A program made the position numbers and the translations under genes. Shown here piece after piece: positions 9,362-18,516 of a stretch of 53,504 nucleotides of DNA (its first letter is position 1; every line of letters begins with the position of its first letter). Origin of the DNA: an uncultured Candidatus Saccharibacteria bacterium (GTDB taxonomy: Bacteria > Patescibacteriota > Minisyncoccia > Minisyncoccales > PWPS01); assembly GCA_964420305.1 (NCBI GenBank), contig CAYQSS010000001.1, positions 1 to 53,504 of the forward strand, read 5' to 3'. Below the pieces are notes generated by a model. The model did no database searches, had not been told where the DNA came from, and worked only from the letters and a program-made list of their open reading frames with translations.

Positions 9362-11271
9362 TCGACTTTAGTAGTGAATTAAATAAAGAACAATTAAGGG
9401 TGGTACACGAGGGCGACGGCCCTTGTCTTGTTTTGAGTGGCCCTGGCTCTGGAAAAACAAGAACGCTTGTTTATCGGACTGCTTATCTTTTGGAAAAGGG
9501 AATATCTCCTTCAAATATTTTACTTTTAACCTTCACCAAAAAAGCTGCCAGAGAAATGTTTCTGCGAATTCATAATTTATTTCCTTTTGCCCAGCAGGAG
9601 ATGCAGGGAGGAACATTTCATCATGTCGGAAATATTTTTCTTAAAAAATATGCGGAAAAGATAGGATATAAAAAGAATTTCGTTATTCTTGACGAAGAGG
9701 ATACTAAAACACTTATTAAGAGCATTTTAATTGAAAAACAAGGAACAGAACTTCCCAAACCTTCTGTAATTCAGAAAATAATTTCTCTTTCAAAAAATTC
9801 GCAGGTTTCTTTTAAAGAAGTAATTGTGAATCATTTCCCATATTTTGGTGAAGAGATTGCAAAAGAGATAGAAAGAATTGATAAAATTTATCAAAAAAGA
9901 AAGAAGAAACATAACCTGGTAGATTTTGATGATCTTCTTTTGTTGTGGAATAAGCTTTTGTCAATAAAAGAGATAGAAGAAGAAACTGCGAATGATTTTC
10001 TTTATATCTTAGTTGACGAATATCAAGACACAAATGTTCTTCAAGATGAAATAATAAAAAAAATCAGTAGAAAACATAAAAACATTTTGGTTGTTGGAGA
10101 TGACGCACAGAGCATATATAGTTTTCGTGCTGCAAACATTGAAAACATCATCGGATTTAAAAAAACTTATCCAGAAGCAAAAATCTTTAAGTTAGAAACA
10201 AACTATCGAAGCACACCTGAAATATTGGACATTGCAAACAGAGTGATTGAAAAAAATAGTAAAAAATTAGACAAAAACCTTTATAGTATAAAAAAGTATG
10301 GTAACGCGCCGCTGGTTGTTCCGCTTTCTAATCCTGCGGAACAAGCAAGATACATAACAAAGTATTTAAAAAACCAGAAAAATTTATCAGAAATAGCAGT
10401 TCTTTTTCGTGCCCATTTTCACTCTGTCGAACTTGAGATCGAGCTAGCGAGAAACAAAGTACCATATATTTTAAGAGGAGGAGTAAGGTTTTTTGAACAA
10501 TTTCACATCAAAGATGTTGTTGCGTTTTTAAGAATCTATATTAATTACCTTGATGAAATTTCTTGGAAAAGAATACTTTTACGACAAGAGGGGATTGGAG
10601 AAATAAACTCAAAGAGAATAATTAAAATAATTTTGGAAAAAAACAATATTGATGAGCTTCTTTCTGATGGAGAAAGTATCATTTCTTCTTTTTCTTCGCT
10701 AAAAGTAAGAAAGGGAATTGGAAAAGTTTTTGATCTTTTAAAAAAAGGGGAAAAAAGGGATATTCCGGGAAAAATTAATGTATTTCTAAAGGATTTTTAT
10801 AACCACTATTTAGATTTTTCATTCGACAACGCAAAGGAAAGAAAAAATGACTTAAAAAGAATTACTGAAATTTCTCATAAATATGCAGATTTAGAAGAAA
10901 TGATATCCGATTTTTCTCTGAGTGAGGATTTTCAAAAAGAAGAAAGAAAAAAAGATGCAGTGGTTCTTAGTACCATACATCAAGCCAAAGGGTTAGAGTG
11001 GAATACCGTTTTTGTAATCTCTTTAAAGGAAGGAGGATTTCCTCACTTTAAGTCTCTGGAAGATAACTCAATTGAGGAGGAGAGAAGACTTTTTTATGTA
11101 GCAGTCACAAGGTGTAAAGAAAATCTTTTTTTAACTTATCCGCTATATGATTTTCGTGAAAAAGAGATCGCGCCTCCATCAAGATTTTTGAAAGAAGCAG
11201 GGCTAATTGAAGTAAGGGCCGATGAAGACGAAGAAATAGTTGAAGATGAGTCTCAGTGGGATTCTTTTTGA
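9358..11271 (+). CDS. ATP-dependent DNA helicase, UvrD/Rep/PcrA family
   Basis: 637 aa. Motifs: SGPGSGKT, TFHHV, VDEYQDTN, VVGDDAQSIYSFRAA, TNYRS, TIHQAKGLEW and FYVAVTRCKENL. It has no nuclease domain. Confidence 0.9.
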   Translation: MIDFSSELNKEQLRVVHEGDGPCLVLSGPGSGKTRTLVYRTAYLLEKGISPSNILLLTFTKKAAREMFLRIHNLFPFAQQEMQGGTFHHVGNIFLKKYAEKIGYKKNFVILDEEDTKTLIKSILIEKQGTELPKPSVIQKIISLSKNSQVSFKEVIVNHFPYFGEEIAKEIERIDKIYQKRKKKHNLVDFDDLLLLWNKLLSIKEIEEETANDFLYILVDEYQDTNVLQDEIIKKISRKHKNILVVGDDAQSIYSFRAANIENIIGFKKTYPEAKIFKLETNYRSTPEILDIANRVIEKNSKKLDKNLYSIKKYGNAPLVVPLSNPAEQARYITKYLKNQKNLSEIAVLFRAHFHSVELEIELARNKVPYILRGGVRFFEQFHIKDVVAFLRIYINYLDEISWKRILLRQEGIGEINSKRIIKIILEKNNIDELLSDGESIISSFSSLKVRKGIGKVFDLLKKGEKRDIPGKINVFLKDFYNHYLDFSFDNAKERKNDLKRITEISHKYADLEEMISDFSLSEDFQKEERKKDAVVLSTIHQAKGLEWNTVFVISLKEGGFPHFKSLEDNSIEEERRLFYVAVTRCKENLFLTYPLYDFREKEIAPPSRFLKEAGLIEVRADEDEEIVEDESQWDSF

Positions 11272-11326
11272 ATACTTTCATTTTTTATTTTTTTTGCTAT
11301 TATCAAATTAGGTAATTTAAAAAAAT

Positions 11327-11569
11327 ATGAAAAACAATAAGTTATTTACATCAACTGTCCTTTTTTACTTTATAATCGTGGGAGCTTTCCATTTTTTAAG
11401 ATTAGCTCTTGATTGGAAAATAATTATCGTTTCTAGCCAAAGAGATTATTCCTTAAGTACCCTGATTAGTGCAATTTGCTTTCTATTTTCGGTATTTATG
11501 ATTTATTGGCTTTTTAATGTTAAAAAAAACGAGAAAAAAATTGAAGTAAAAAATATTGAGGAAGATTAA
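11327..11569 (+). CDS. Small membrane protein, hypothetical (2 predicted TM helices)
   Basis: 80 aa with two hydrophobic stretches and a basic/acidic tail. The start context is AAAAATATG. Confidence 0.5.
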   Translation: MKNNKLFTSTVLFYFIIVGAFHFLRLALDWKIIIVSSQRDYSLSTLISAICFLFSVFMIYWLFNVKKNEKKIEVKNIEED

Positions 11570-11587
11570 AAATTAAATTACAAAAAT

Positions 11588-12286
11588 ATGAAAATATTTA
11601 AAGAAGCATGGGTGTGGATTATTGGTATATCAATAATAATTTCTGGGGCAATAATCTTTTTTAATGATGGTATAAACCTTTTTTTAGAGAAGGAAACCGT
11701 CATTGCCGTTAATGAAGAAAAGATGGACAGAAAAGAGTTTTCTGGTGTTTTAAAACAAGCAGAAAAAAATTATTCACAGATAACCCAATCAACAGAGGAA
11801 AATTTCTCTGAGGAAGATGTAAAACAAGTTGCTGTTGATATGGCCGTTGAACAACTTCTCTTCTTAAGTTATGCAAAACAGCTAAACATTTCTCTTTCAG
11901 AAAAAGAGATAGGTGAATTCTATGAGGAGATTATTCTTCAGGATGAAAATATAGAAAATATTGATGACCTTTTTGCTTCTTGGGAGGAAGATGGATTTGA
12001 TAGATTAGAAATGGAAAGACAGGTAACTATCTATATGCTTTATGATAAGATTTATCAAAAATATGAGAAAGAGATTGAGGTTACCGAAGATGATCTAGAT
12101 AAAGCATATAGTGAATATGTTTCTTGGATGGAAGATGTAGGATCATCTAGCGAAGAAGAAATAATGCCCTTTGAGGAGATAAAAGGAGAACTAGAATCTT
12201 TCCTTATTCAGGAAAAAGCACTTGAAAGAATGGAAGAAGATGTTGAAAAATTTAGAGAAGAGAGTGAAATAAAAATTTTGATTTAG
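11588..12286 (+). CDS. Membrane-anchored SurA-N/PpiD-like chaperone-domain protein (no parvulin domain evident)
   Basis: 232 aa with an N-terminal TM helix, then ..VIAVNEEKMDRKEFSGVL.. and an acidic helical body. This is the typical N-terminal chaperone module of the SurA/PrsA/PpiD families. The assignment is tentative. Confidence 0.5.
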   Translation: MKIFKEAWVWIIGISIIISGAIIFFNDGINLFLEKETVIAVNEEKMDRKEFSGVLKQAEKNYSQITQSTEENFSEEDVKQVAVDMAVEQLLFLSYAKQLNISLSEKEIGEFYEEIILQDENIENIDDLFASWEEDGFDRLEMERQVTIYMLYDKIYQKYEKEIEVTEDDLDKAYSEYVSWMEDVGSSSEEEIMPFEEIKGELESFLIQEKALERMEEDVEKFREESEIKILI

Positions 12287-12290
12287 AAAT

Positions 12291-12953
12291 ATGAAAAAAT
12301 ATATTGTAATTTTTGCTGCAGCAATAATTCTTATTTTTCTTGGATTTTATTTTTATTCTAAAGAAGGTATTGACTTTTCTAAGAACGAGGAAAAATTAGT
12401 TTTGACCATTGATGGGAAAAATATAACCGAAAGGGATATTGAATATTACATCAGAGAGGCTTCCCGTGATAATTTTGAAAGCGATCTATCTTTAGAGGAA
12501 ATAAGGGATGAGGCGATAGATCTTGCAATCATGTTTGTCGTTGTTGAAAAGTATTATGAAAAAAAGAATATTCATATTTCTGATAAAGAGATAGAAGATC
12601 AAATTACGAGATATATGGCAGCACAACCAGGGATAGAAACAAGAGAAGACTTTTTCCGACTTGTAGAGATGAAAGGATATTCTCGAGAAGAATTTTTGCG
12701 AGACACAGAATATTTTCTAAAAAACAGAAAATTAGCTGCAATTATTGCAGAAGATATTGATATTTCCGACGAGGAAGCTCTAGAGGAATATACACTTCTT
12801 GTAAAGGAGTATGGTGATGAAGAGTTTTTTCCAGAATTTGAAGATATAAAAGAGATCATAAAGAATCAAAAAGCTTTTGATAAAGCAATTGAAATTATTA
12901 CGGAGGAAATTAACGAAGAAGAAGAAAAAACAGATATCGTTTTTTTTGAATAA
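12291..12953 (+). CDS. Membrane-anchored SurA-N/PpiD-like protein, paralog of the preceding gene
   Basis: 220 aa with the same architecture: a TM helix, then LVLTIDGKNITERDIEYYI.. and an acidic helical body. Confidence 0.5.
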   Translation: MKKYIVIFAAAIILIFLGFYFYSKEGIDFSKNEEKLVLTIDGKNITERDIEYYIREASRDNFESDLSLEEIRDEAIDLAIMFVVVEKYYEKKNIHISDKEIEDQITRYMAAQPGIETREDFFRLVEMKGYSREEFLRDTEYFLKNRKLAAIIAEDIDISDEEALEEYTLLVKEYGDEEFFPEFEDIKEIIKNQKAFDKAIEIITEEINEEEEKTDIVFFE

Positions 12954-12964
12954 AACTATTATTT

Positions 12965-14008
12965 ATGGATTATAAAAAAATACTGTGGATATCGCACTCT
13001 GCAATTACTTCCTATGGGAAATGTCCTCACTTATATTATCTAGAATATGAGTATCGAAACCCAAAAACCGGCAATAGAATACAAATTGTTAATCCTTATC
13101 TTTCCTTGGGACTTGCAGTACATGAAACAATTGAAGAACTAAAAACTGTAGCAGTTAATAAAAGGATAAAGATATCTCTCCAAGATCGGTTTTCCGAGAT
13201 TTTTGGAAAATACAGAGGAATTAAAGGAGGGTTTCTTTCAAAAAAGAAAGAAGATGATTTTTTCAAAAGAGGAGTAATGATGATTAGCCGCGTTGAAGAA
13301 TCTGATTTTCTTACACGTCCAACAATAAATCCAAAAACTAGTTTTCCTACAGTAAATTTAATAGGGGAGGGAGTTAAGTTGGTGGGAAGCATTGATTGGA
13401 TTGAACAATTATCTTCTAATGGCGCTCACATTGTTGATTTCAAAACCGGAAATGCAAAAGAAAGTAACGGATCATTGCAGTTACCAATCTATACACTACT
13501 TGCTCAGGAAAACATCAAAGAAAAAGTGGAGAAAGTAAGTTACTGGTATTTACAACATGACGATAATCCAGTAGAACAAGAAATAAAGGATACTAAGGAT
13601 GCTTTAGAGCTAATAACAGAAAAGGCGAAAGAGATAAAAAAAGCAATTGATGAAAATTATTTTCCTTGTAATTATGGGAAAAAATGTTTTTCCTGTCGGG
13701 ACTATGAAAAAATATTTTCTGGAGAGGCAGAATTAGTCGGTAGCGATAAAAGGAAAGATACATTTTGTATTTTTAAGGATGAAGATGTAATTGATAAGAT
13801 TATAAGTGAAGAGTTTCTTGACGAACGCGAAAAAAAGATATTTGAGATGAGGGTTAATTCCACAATAGATAAAGTTAATAAAAATTTGAGACTGGATGTG
13901 GAAAAAAGTAATAAAATTATTTCTGAAATTAAAGAAAAATTAAAGAAAAATCTTCATCCAAAAGAATTAAAAGTTGTTGTTAGGATACTCAAAAATGAAA
14001 AAAAGTGA
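12965..14008 (+). CDS. Cas4/AddB-type PD-(D/E)XK nuclease with a 4-Cys (Fe-S) signature and a C-terminal sigma-70 region-4-like HTH extension
   Basis: 347 aa. There is an N-terminal Cys (GKCPHLYYL), the motifs GSIDWIE, IVDFKTG (D-x-K) and QLPIYTLL (QxxxY), and three C-terminal Cys (PCNYGKKCFSC). The tail LDEREKKIFEMRV...LRLDVEKSNKIISEIKEKLKK resembles sigma-70 region 4. Confidence 0.75.
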   Translation: MDYKKILWISHSAITSYGKCPHLYYLEYEYRNPKTGNRIQIVNPYLSLGLAVHETIEELKTVAVNKRIKISLQDRFSEIFGKYRGIKGGFLSKKKEDDFFKRGVMMISRVEESDFLTRPTINPKTSFPTVNLIGEGVKLVGSIDWIEQLSSNGAHIVDFKTGNAKESNGSLQLPIYTLLAQENIKEKVEKVSYWYLQHDDNPVEQEIKDTKDALELITEKAKEIKKAIDENYFPCNYGKKCFSCRDYEKIFSGEAELVGSDKRKDTFCIFKDEDVIDKIISEEFLDEREKKIFEMRVNSTIDKVNKNLRLDVEKSNKIISEIKEKLKKNLHPKELKVVVRILKNEKK

Positions 14009-14609
14009 TTTATTAAAACAGATCAAGGAAGAAGTAATAAATCTCAAAGAATCTCCACTTTATAGTTTACGAATTGAAAATAAAAACTTTCCAGTTATTG
14101 GAGAGGGCAGTCACGATGCAAAAATAATGTTTATTGGAGAAGCCCCGGGAGTAAATGAGGCACGCAAAGGAAGACCTTTTTGCGGAAGCGCGGGGAAGAT
14201 TTTGGAAGAATGCTTAAAGAGCATCGACCTTAAAAGGGAGGATGTTTATATCACCAACATCTTAAAAGATAGGCCTCCGAAAAACAGGGATCCGTTACCC
14301 GGAGAAATAAGAGTTTATTCATCTTTTCTAGATAGGCAAATAGAGATTATAAAACCTCAGGTTATTGTTACTTTAGGAAGGTTTGCGATGGAATATATGC
14401 TAGAAAGATACGGATTTAATGGGGAGATAAAATCTATTTCCGCTATGCATGGGGAATCTATTGACTTAGAAATGAGTTATGGTATAATAAAGGTCCTGAT
14501 TGTCTTTCATCCTGCGGTTGCAATCTATAATCGCAACAAAAAAAATGACCTGATATCAGGATTTTTGATCCTTAAAAGTATTATCGAAAAAGAGGAGGGT
14601 GGAATTTAA
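13995..14609 (+). CDS. udg: Uracil-DNA glycosylase, family 4
   Basis: Motifs are GEGSHDAKIMFIGEAPGVNEARKGRPFCGSAGKIL and a late FHPA motif. The track ORF starts at 13974; ATG 13995 (MKKSDLL) is more plausible. Confidence 0.85.
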   Translation: MKKSDLLKQIKEEVINLKESPLYSLRIENKNFPVIGEGSHDAKIMFIGEAPGVNEARKGRPFCGSAGKILEECLKSIDLKREDVYITNILKDRPPKNRDPLPGEIRVYSSFLDRQIEIIKPQVIVTLGRFAMEYMLERYGFNGEIKSISAMHGESIDLEMSYGIIKVLIVFHPAVAIYNRNKKNDLISGFLILKSIIEKEEGGI

Positions 14610-15058
14610 TGGAATTAAATCTTAAGTGGAAACGAAAATTTTGGAAGGCAAAAGGAAGGATGCACGATAACAAAATTGAGGAAATTGCGAAATTTCCTGA
14701 TAAATTTGTTGACACTCCCGGGAAAATTATTCTTGTAAAAAAATTTCCTAAGAACTATCGCGGGAAAGAAATAGGGGATATTATTCTGGTTAGCAGAAAA
14801 GGTAATGTGTATTTTGTAACGACTGTAGAGCTTACTTTTGGCAATGAAAGAAAGATGCATTACGACATTTCAAAGCTTGAAATGACCAGAGAAAATTTTA
14901 TTGACAAAAGAAAAATATTGATTTTTCTTAGAAATAATGGAATATTCCCCAAAAACAAAGCAATATTTCTGATTCGAGGAGTTGTTTTGTGGTATGGAAC
15001 GGAATTTTTTTATGAACTACCAAAAACCGTTGAAGCATTTTGTGAAAAAAGCGTCTGA
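14609..15058 (+). CDS. Hypothetical protein; possible Hjc/YraN-like PD-(D/E)XK fold
   Basis: 149 aa with a TAATG overlap with udg and GGAGG upstream. The segment GDIILVSRKGNVYFVTTVELTFGNERK resembles the D...E-x-K core strand pattern of archaeal Holliday-junction resolvases and UPF0102. The canonical Lys position is not obvious. Confidence 0.45.
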   Translation: MELNLKWKRKFWKAKGRMHDNKIEEIAKFPDKFVDTPGKIILVKKFPKNYRGKEIGDIILVSRKGNVYFVTTVELTFGNERKMHYDISKLEMTRENFIDKRKILIFLRNNGIFPKNKAIFLIRGVVLWYGTEFFYELPKTVEAFCEKSV

Positions 15059-15077
15059 TAATTTTAGACGCTTTTTA
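15046..15077 (+). terminator. Rho-independent terminator
   Basis: AAAAAGCGTCT-gataatttt-AGACGCTTTTT is a perfect 11-bp inverted repeat followed by a T-run. The stop codon of the upstream gene lies at the end of the 5' stem arm (15056-15058). Confidence 0.6.
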
Positions 15078-15100
15078 ACTTTTAGAAGAGATGTTAGAAT
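15072..15100 (+). promoter_or_regulatory. Extended -10 promoter of truB (predicts a leaderless mRNA)
   Basis: TGtTAGAAT lies at 15092-15100, with a weak -35 (TTTTTA) 17 nt upstream. Exactly 6 nt (taataa) separate the -10 hexamer from ATG 15107. Confidence 0.4.
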
Positions 15101-15106
15101 TAATAA

Positions 15107-15766
15107 ATGATTATACCAGTTTATAAAAAACGGGGGCCCACATCACGGGACGTGATAAATATTATAAAAAAAGAGACAGGTGAGAAAAAGGTGGGTCACG
15201 GGGGAACTCTTGACCCTTTAGCAGAAGGAGTTCTTGTTGTCGGAATAGGGAGAAAAAGTACAAAGAAGCTACATACAACTATCTTTGATGAAAAAGAATA
15301 TCTTGCGGTTATTTCTCTAATCGGAAAAAGCACAACTGGCGATAAAGAAGGCAGGAAAAAGAAAAATAAAATTTTAAAAACTTTAAAAATAGAAGAGATT
15401 GAGTCGGTTTTGGAAAATTTCACTGGTATTATTCTGCAAAAACCACCAGTTTTTTCTGCAGTTAAAATAGAGGGCAAGGAATCATATAAATGGGCTAGGA
15501 AAGGTATAGTTAAAGAAATAAAAGAACGTGAAGTAGAAATTAAAAAAATAGAAATTTTAGCTTTTCGTTTTCCGCTTTTAAAGATTATTGTAACTACCGG
15601 TAAAGGAGTATATATTCGTTCTCTTGCAGAAGATATCGGAGAAAAGCTTGCCTGTGGAGCTTATCTTTATTCCTTAGTGAGAACAAGAGTTGGTAATTTT
15701 AAATTAGAAGATTGTTATAATGATATTGAAATAAGAAAGCTTTATGATAGAATCAAGAAAAATTAA
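15107..15766 (+). CDS. truB: tRNA pseudouridine(55) synthase
   Basis: 219 aa with VGHGGTLDPLAEGVLVVGIG (catalytic Asp motif) and PPVFSAVK. Confidence 0.9.
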   Translation: MIIPVYKKRGPTSRDVINIIKKETGEKKVGHGGTLDPLAEGVLVVGIGRKSTKKLHTTIFDEKEYLAVISLIGKSTTGDKEGRKKKNKILKTLKIEEIESVLENFTGIILQKPPVFSAVKIEGKESYKWARKGIVKEIKEREVEIKKIEILAFRFPLLKIIVTTGKGVYIRSLAEDIGEKLACGAYLYSLVRTRVGNFKLEDCYNDIEIRKLYDRIKKN

Positions 15767-15778
15767 TAATTTTAAATT

Positions 15779-16822
15779 ATGCAAGCATTTTTGAAAAACC
15801 CAGTTTGGCAAGTCGAATATTTTAACAATACACTTGGTGAATATTTTTACTTTGCCCTCGGAACAGTATTACTTTCTCTTATTTTTTTCTTATTGAAGTA
15901 TTTTATCTTTCGCAAAGTTTCTCAGAAAATAAAAGAGCAAAAAATAGTTAATCTTTTTTTAGAGATTATTAACAAAATTCGTTCTCCGTTTTATATATTT
16001 ATTTCTTTTTATATCAGTCTTTCTTTTCTAGAGTTGCCACCAATTCTTTCTAAAGTTTTTTGGATTATTTTAGTTTTTTGGGTTACCTATCGACTGATTA
16101 TTGTCGGTTATCAATTCATTGATTTCTTTTTCGCGTCTTATGTTGTGACTGGGAAAGGGGCAATATTTAGAAATTTAGGAAACATCGTTAAAGCATCTCT
16201 CTGGATTTTAGCCGGATTTTTTATTTTATCTATTTTTGGTGTAAATATTACTGCTCTTGTTGCTGGAATGGGAGTTGGGGGTATCGCTGTTGCCTTTGCG
16301 TTACAAAATATTTTATCTGATCTTTTTAGTTCCTTTTCAATTTATTTTGATAAACCCTTTGTTGAAGGGGATCTTATTGTTGTTGGTGATAAATGGGGGA
16401 CAGTAGAAAAAATAGGAATTAAAAGTACGAGAGTGAGAGCACTACAGGGAGAGGAGATTATTTTTTCTAATAAAGAGCTCACAACAGCACAAGTTCATAA
16501 CTTTAGAAGACTTACTAGGAGACGCTATGAATTTAAAATAGGGATTCTTTATGAAACAGCGACTAAGAAAATGGAAAAAATACCAGAGATAATTTCCAGT
16601 ATTTTTGAAAAAGAAGAGTTGGCAGATTTAGATAGGGTGCACTTTACAGCATTTAATGATTTTTCACTTGATTATACGATAGTATATTATGTTAATTCTT
16701 CCGAGTATAAGACCTTTCTTGATATTAGTGAAAGAATTCTTTTAGAAATTAAAAGATCTTTTGAGAGAGAAAAAATCGGCTTTGCTTATCCTACCAAAAC
16801 AATTCATCTCTCTAAATTATAA
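15779..16822 (+). CDS. Mechanosensitive ion channel, MscS family
   Basis: 347 aa with several N-terminal TM helices, then LQNILSDLFSSFSIYFDKPFVEGDLIVVGDKWGTVEKIGIKSTRVR (the MscS pore/beta-domain signature). Confidence 0.85.
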   Translation: MQAFLKNPVWQVEYFNNTLGEYFYFALGTVLLSLIFFLLKYFIFRKVSQKIKEQKIVNLFLEIINKIRSPFYIFISFYISLSFLELPPILSKVFWIILVFWVTYRLIIVGYQFIDFFFASYVVTGKGAIFRNLGNIVKASLWILAGFFILSIFGVNITALVAGMGVGGIAVAFALQNILSDLFSSFSIYFDKPFVEGDLIVVGDKWGTVEKIGIKSTRVRALQGEEIIFSNKELTTAQVHNFRRLTRRRYEFKIGILYETATKKMEKIPEIISSIFEKEELADLDRVHFTAFNDFSLDYTIVYYVNSSEYKTFLDISERILLEIKRSFEREKIGFAYPTKTIHLSKL

Positions 16823-18516
16823 TGATAAATCTTTTACAAAGCATTGAATTGACCTCGCAGGCAGAGCTGGCGATATTACTTGTTGTTGCCTCAATTTTAG
16901 GAATTCTTTTCCGTGTTTTTAAACAACCTCTTATTTTAGCTTATCTTTTTACTGGGATTTTGATAGGAGCTTTTGGATTTTTAAACCTTAGAGATGGGGA
17001 GTTAATTGAAGTTTTTTCTAATCTTGGAATTATGTTTCTGCTTTTTTTAGTGGGGATGGAAATGGACTATAATTCGATTAAGAAGACAGGAAAACTTTCT
17101 CTAGCAATTGGCCTGGGACAAGTAATTTTTACCGCCATTGGAGGATTTCTTCTCGGATATTTTTTGTTTAATTTTAATTTTCTCTCGTCTCTTTATATCG
17201 CAATCGCTTTAACTCTTTCAAGTACGGTTATAATCGTTAAACTTTTGTCAGATAAAGGAAGTCTTACTAGTTTACATGGTCGAGCAACAATCGGATTACT
17301 TCTTGTACAAGATCTTGTAGTTATCTTAATTTTAATCGTTTTGAATGCTATTCAGCTCGGGGAGGATGTTGGATTTTTGTCACTTTTCCGTACTTTTTTT
17401 GCTGGTATTGTTCTGTTTGGCCTTATGCTTGCTTTGGGCGGAAGCTTTTTCCCATATATTTTCCGCAAGATTGCACACTCTCAAGAACTTCTGTTTCTTG
17501 TAAGTTTGTCATGGCTTTTATCATTTGCCTTTATCGTAAAGCAATTTGGATTTTCAGTGGAGATAGCTGGGTTTTTAGGAGGAGTGGCCCTAGCAAATTC
17601 TTCTGAAAAATATCATATAGCAAATAAAATAAGGCCACTGAGAGATTTTTTTATTCTAATATTTTTTGTTTTTCTAGGTTCGTTAATGGTTATTTCTAAT
17701 TTTTCTGGATTGCTCTTGCCAGTGATTGTTTTCTCGCTCTTCGTTTTGATTGGAAATCCTTTGATTGTAATGATAATTATGGGAATCATGCGTTATAAGA
17801 AGCGTACTGGTTTTTTAACTGGTGTTACGGTGGCTCAAATATCGGAGTTTAGTTTAATTTTTGCAATTGCTGGGCTTTCCTTAGGGCATATCGATGAACA
17901 AATTTTTGCTCTCGTTGTTGCTGTAGGAGTGGTAACCATCACTCTTTCTACGTACCTCATTCTTTATGCGGAAAAGATTTTTCCCTACATTTCAAATTTT
18001 TTATCAATATTTGAGAGGAAAACTACTAAAGAGGAACATGGTGATTTTGGAATATCAAGGCCAGTTATTCTAATAGGTGCTAACAGAATTGGAAGGGGGA
18101 TTATGAGTTATATTGATAACAAAAGTCTTTTAGTTATTGACTTTGACCCGATAGTTACTGATCTTCTAAAGAAAAAGGGTGTTGACCGAATTTTTGCAGA
18201 CATTAAAGATCCTCATCTTTTTGAAGAGCTTAATCTCGAAAAGACAAGACTGGTCGTGTCGACTAGTCCGCAGCTTGATGATAACTTAATGCTTATAAGA
18301 CGGGTTAAAGATATTGATGATAAGATTAAAGTGATTACAAGGGCTGAAAGTGAAGAAGAAGCGATTGTTCTTTATGAAGCTGGAGCTGATTATGTTCTTT
18401 TGCCACACTTTCTTTCTGGAAAATACCTTGGAAGAATAATTAATTCGCGCACTGAACTAGAAAAGCTAGGTAACTTACAAAAAAAAGAACTTCAAATACT
18501 TAAAAATAAAATATGA
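16822..18516 (+). CDS. Cation:proton antiporter (CPA2/Kef-type) with a C-terminal RCK/TrkA-N domain
   Basis: 564 aa with about 12 TM helices (..GILIGAFGF.., ..GLEMDY..-like GMEMDY). The C-terminal Rossmann-like region reads ILIGANRIGRGI...DFD. Confidence 0.8.
   Translation: MINLLQSIELTSQAELAILLVVASILGILFRVFKQPLILAYLFTGILIGAFGFLNLRDGELIEVFSNLGIMFLLFLVGMEMDYNSIKKTGKLSLAIGLGQVIFTAIGGFLLGYFLFNFNFLSSLYIAIALTLSSTVIIVKLLSDKGSLTSLHGRATIGLLLVQDLVVILILIVLNAIQLGEDVGFLSLFRTFFAGIVLFGLMLALGGSFFPYIFRKIAHSQELLFLVSLSWLLSFAFIVKQFGFSVEIAGFLGGVALANSSEKYHIANKIRPLRDFFILIFFVFLGSLMVISNFSGLLLPVIVFSLFVLIGNPLIVMIIMGIMRYKKRTGFLTGVTVAQISEFSLIFAIAGLSLGHIDEQIFALVVAVGVVTITLSTYLILYAEKIFPYISNFLSIFERKTTKEEHGDFGISRPVILIGANRIGRGIMSYIDNKSLLVIDFDPIVTDLLKKKGVDRIFADIKDPHLFEELNLEKTRLVVSTSPQLDDNLMLIRRVKDIDDKIKVITRAESEEEAIVLYEAGADYVLLPHFLSGKYLGRIINSRTELEKLGNLQKKELQILKNKI

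Noticed and set aside
12965-14008. The Cas4-like nuclease as evidence of a CRISPR-Cas locus
   Set aside because: No repeat-spacer array and no other cas genes are visible anywhere in the 53.5-kb window. PD-(D/E)XK Fe-S nucleases of this type also occur outside CRISPR systems.
15046-15077. The same GC-rich hexamer pair AGACGC/GCGTCT forms the stems of two distant terminators (15046-15077 and 37911-37940), which could indicate a dispersed repeat element
   Set aside because: Only the 6-7-nt stem core is shared. The loops, flanks and orientation differ. This is most likely coincidence in short GC-rich terminator stems.
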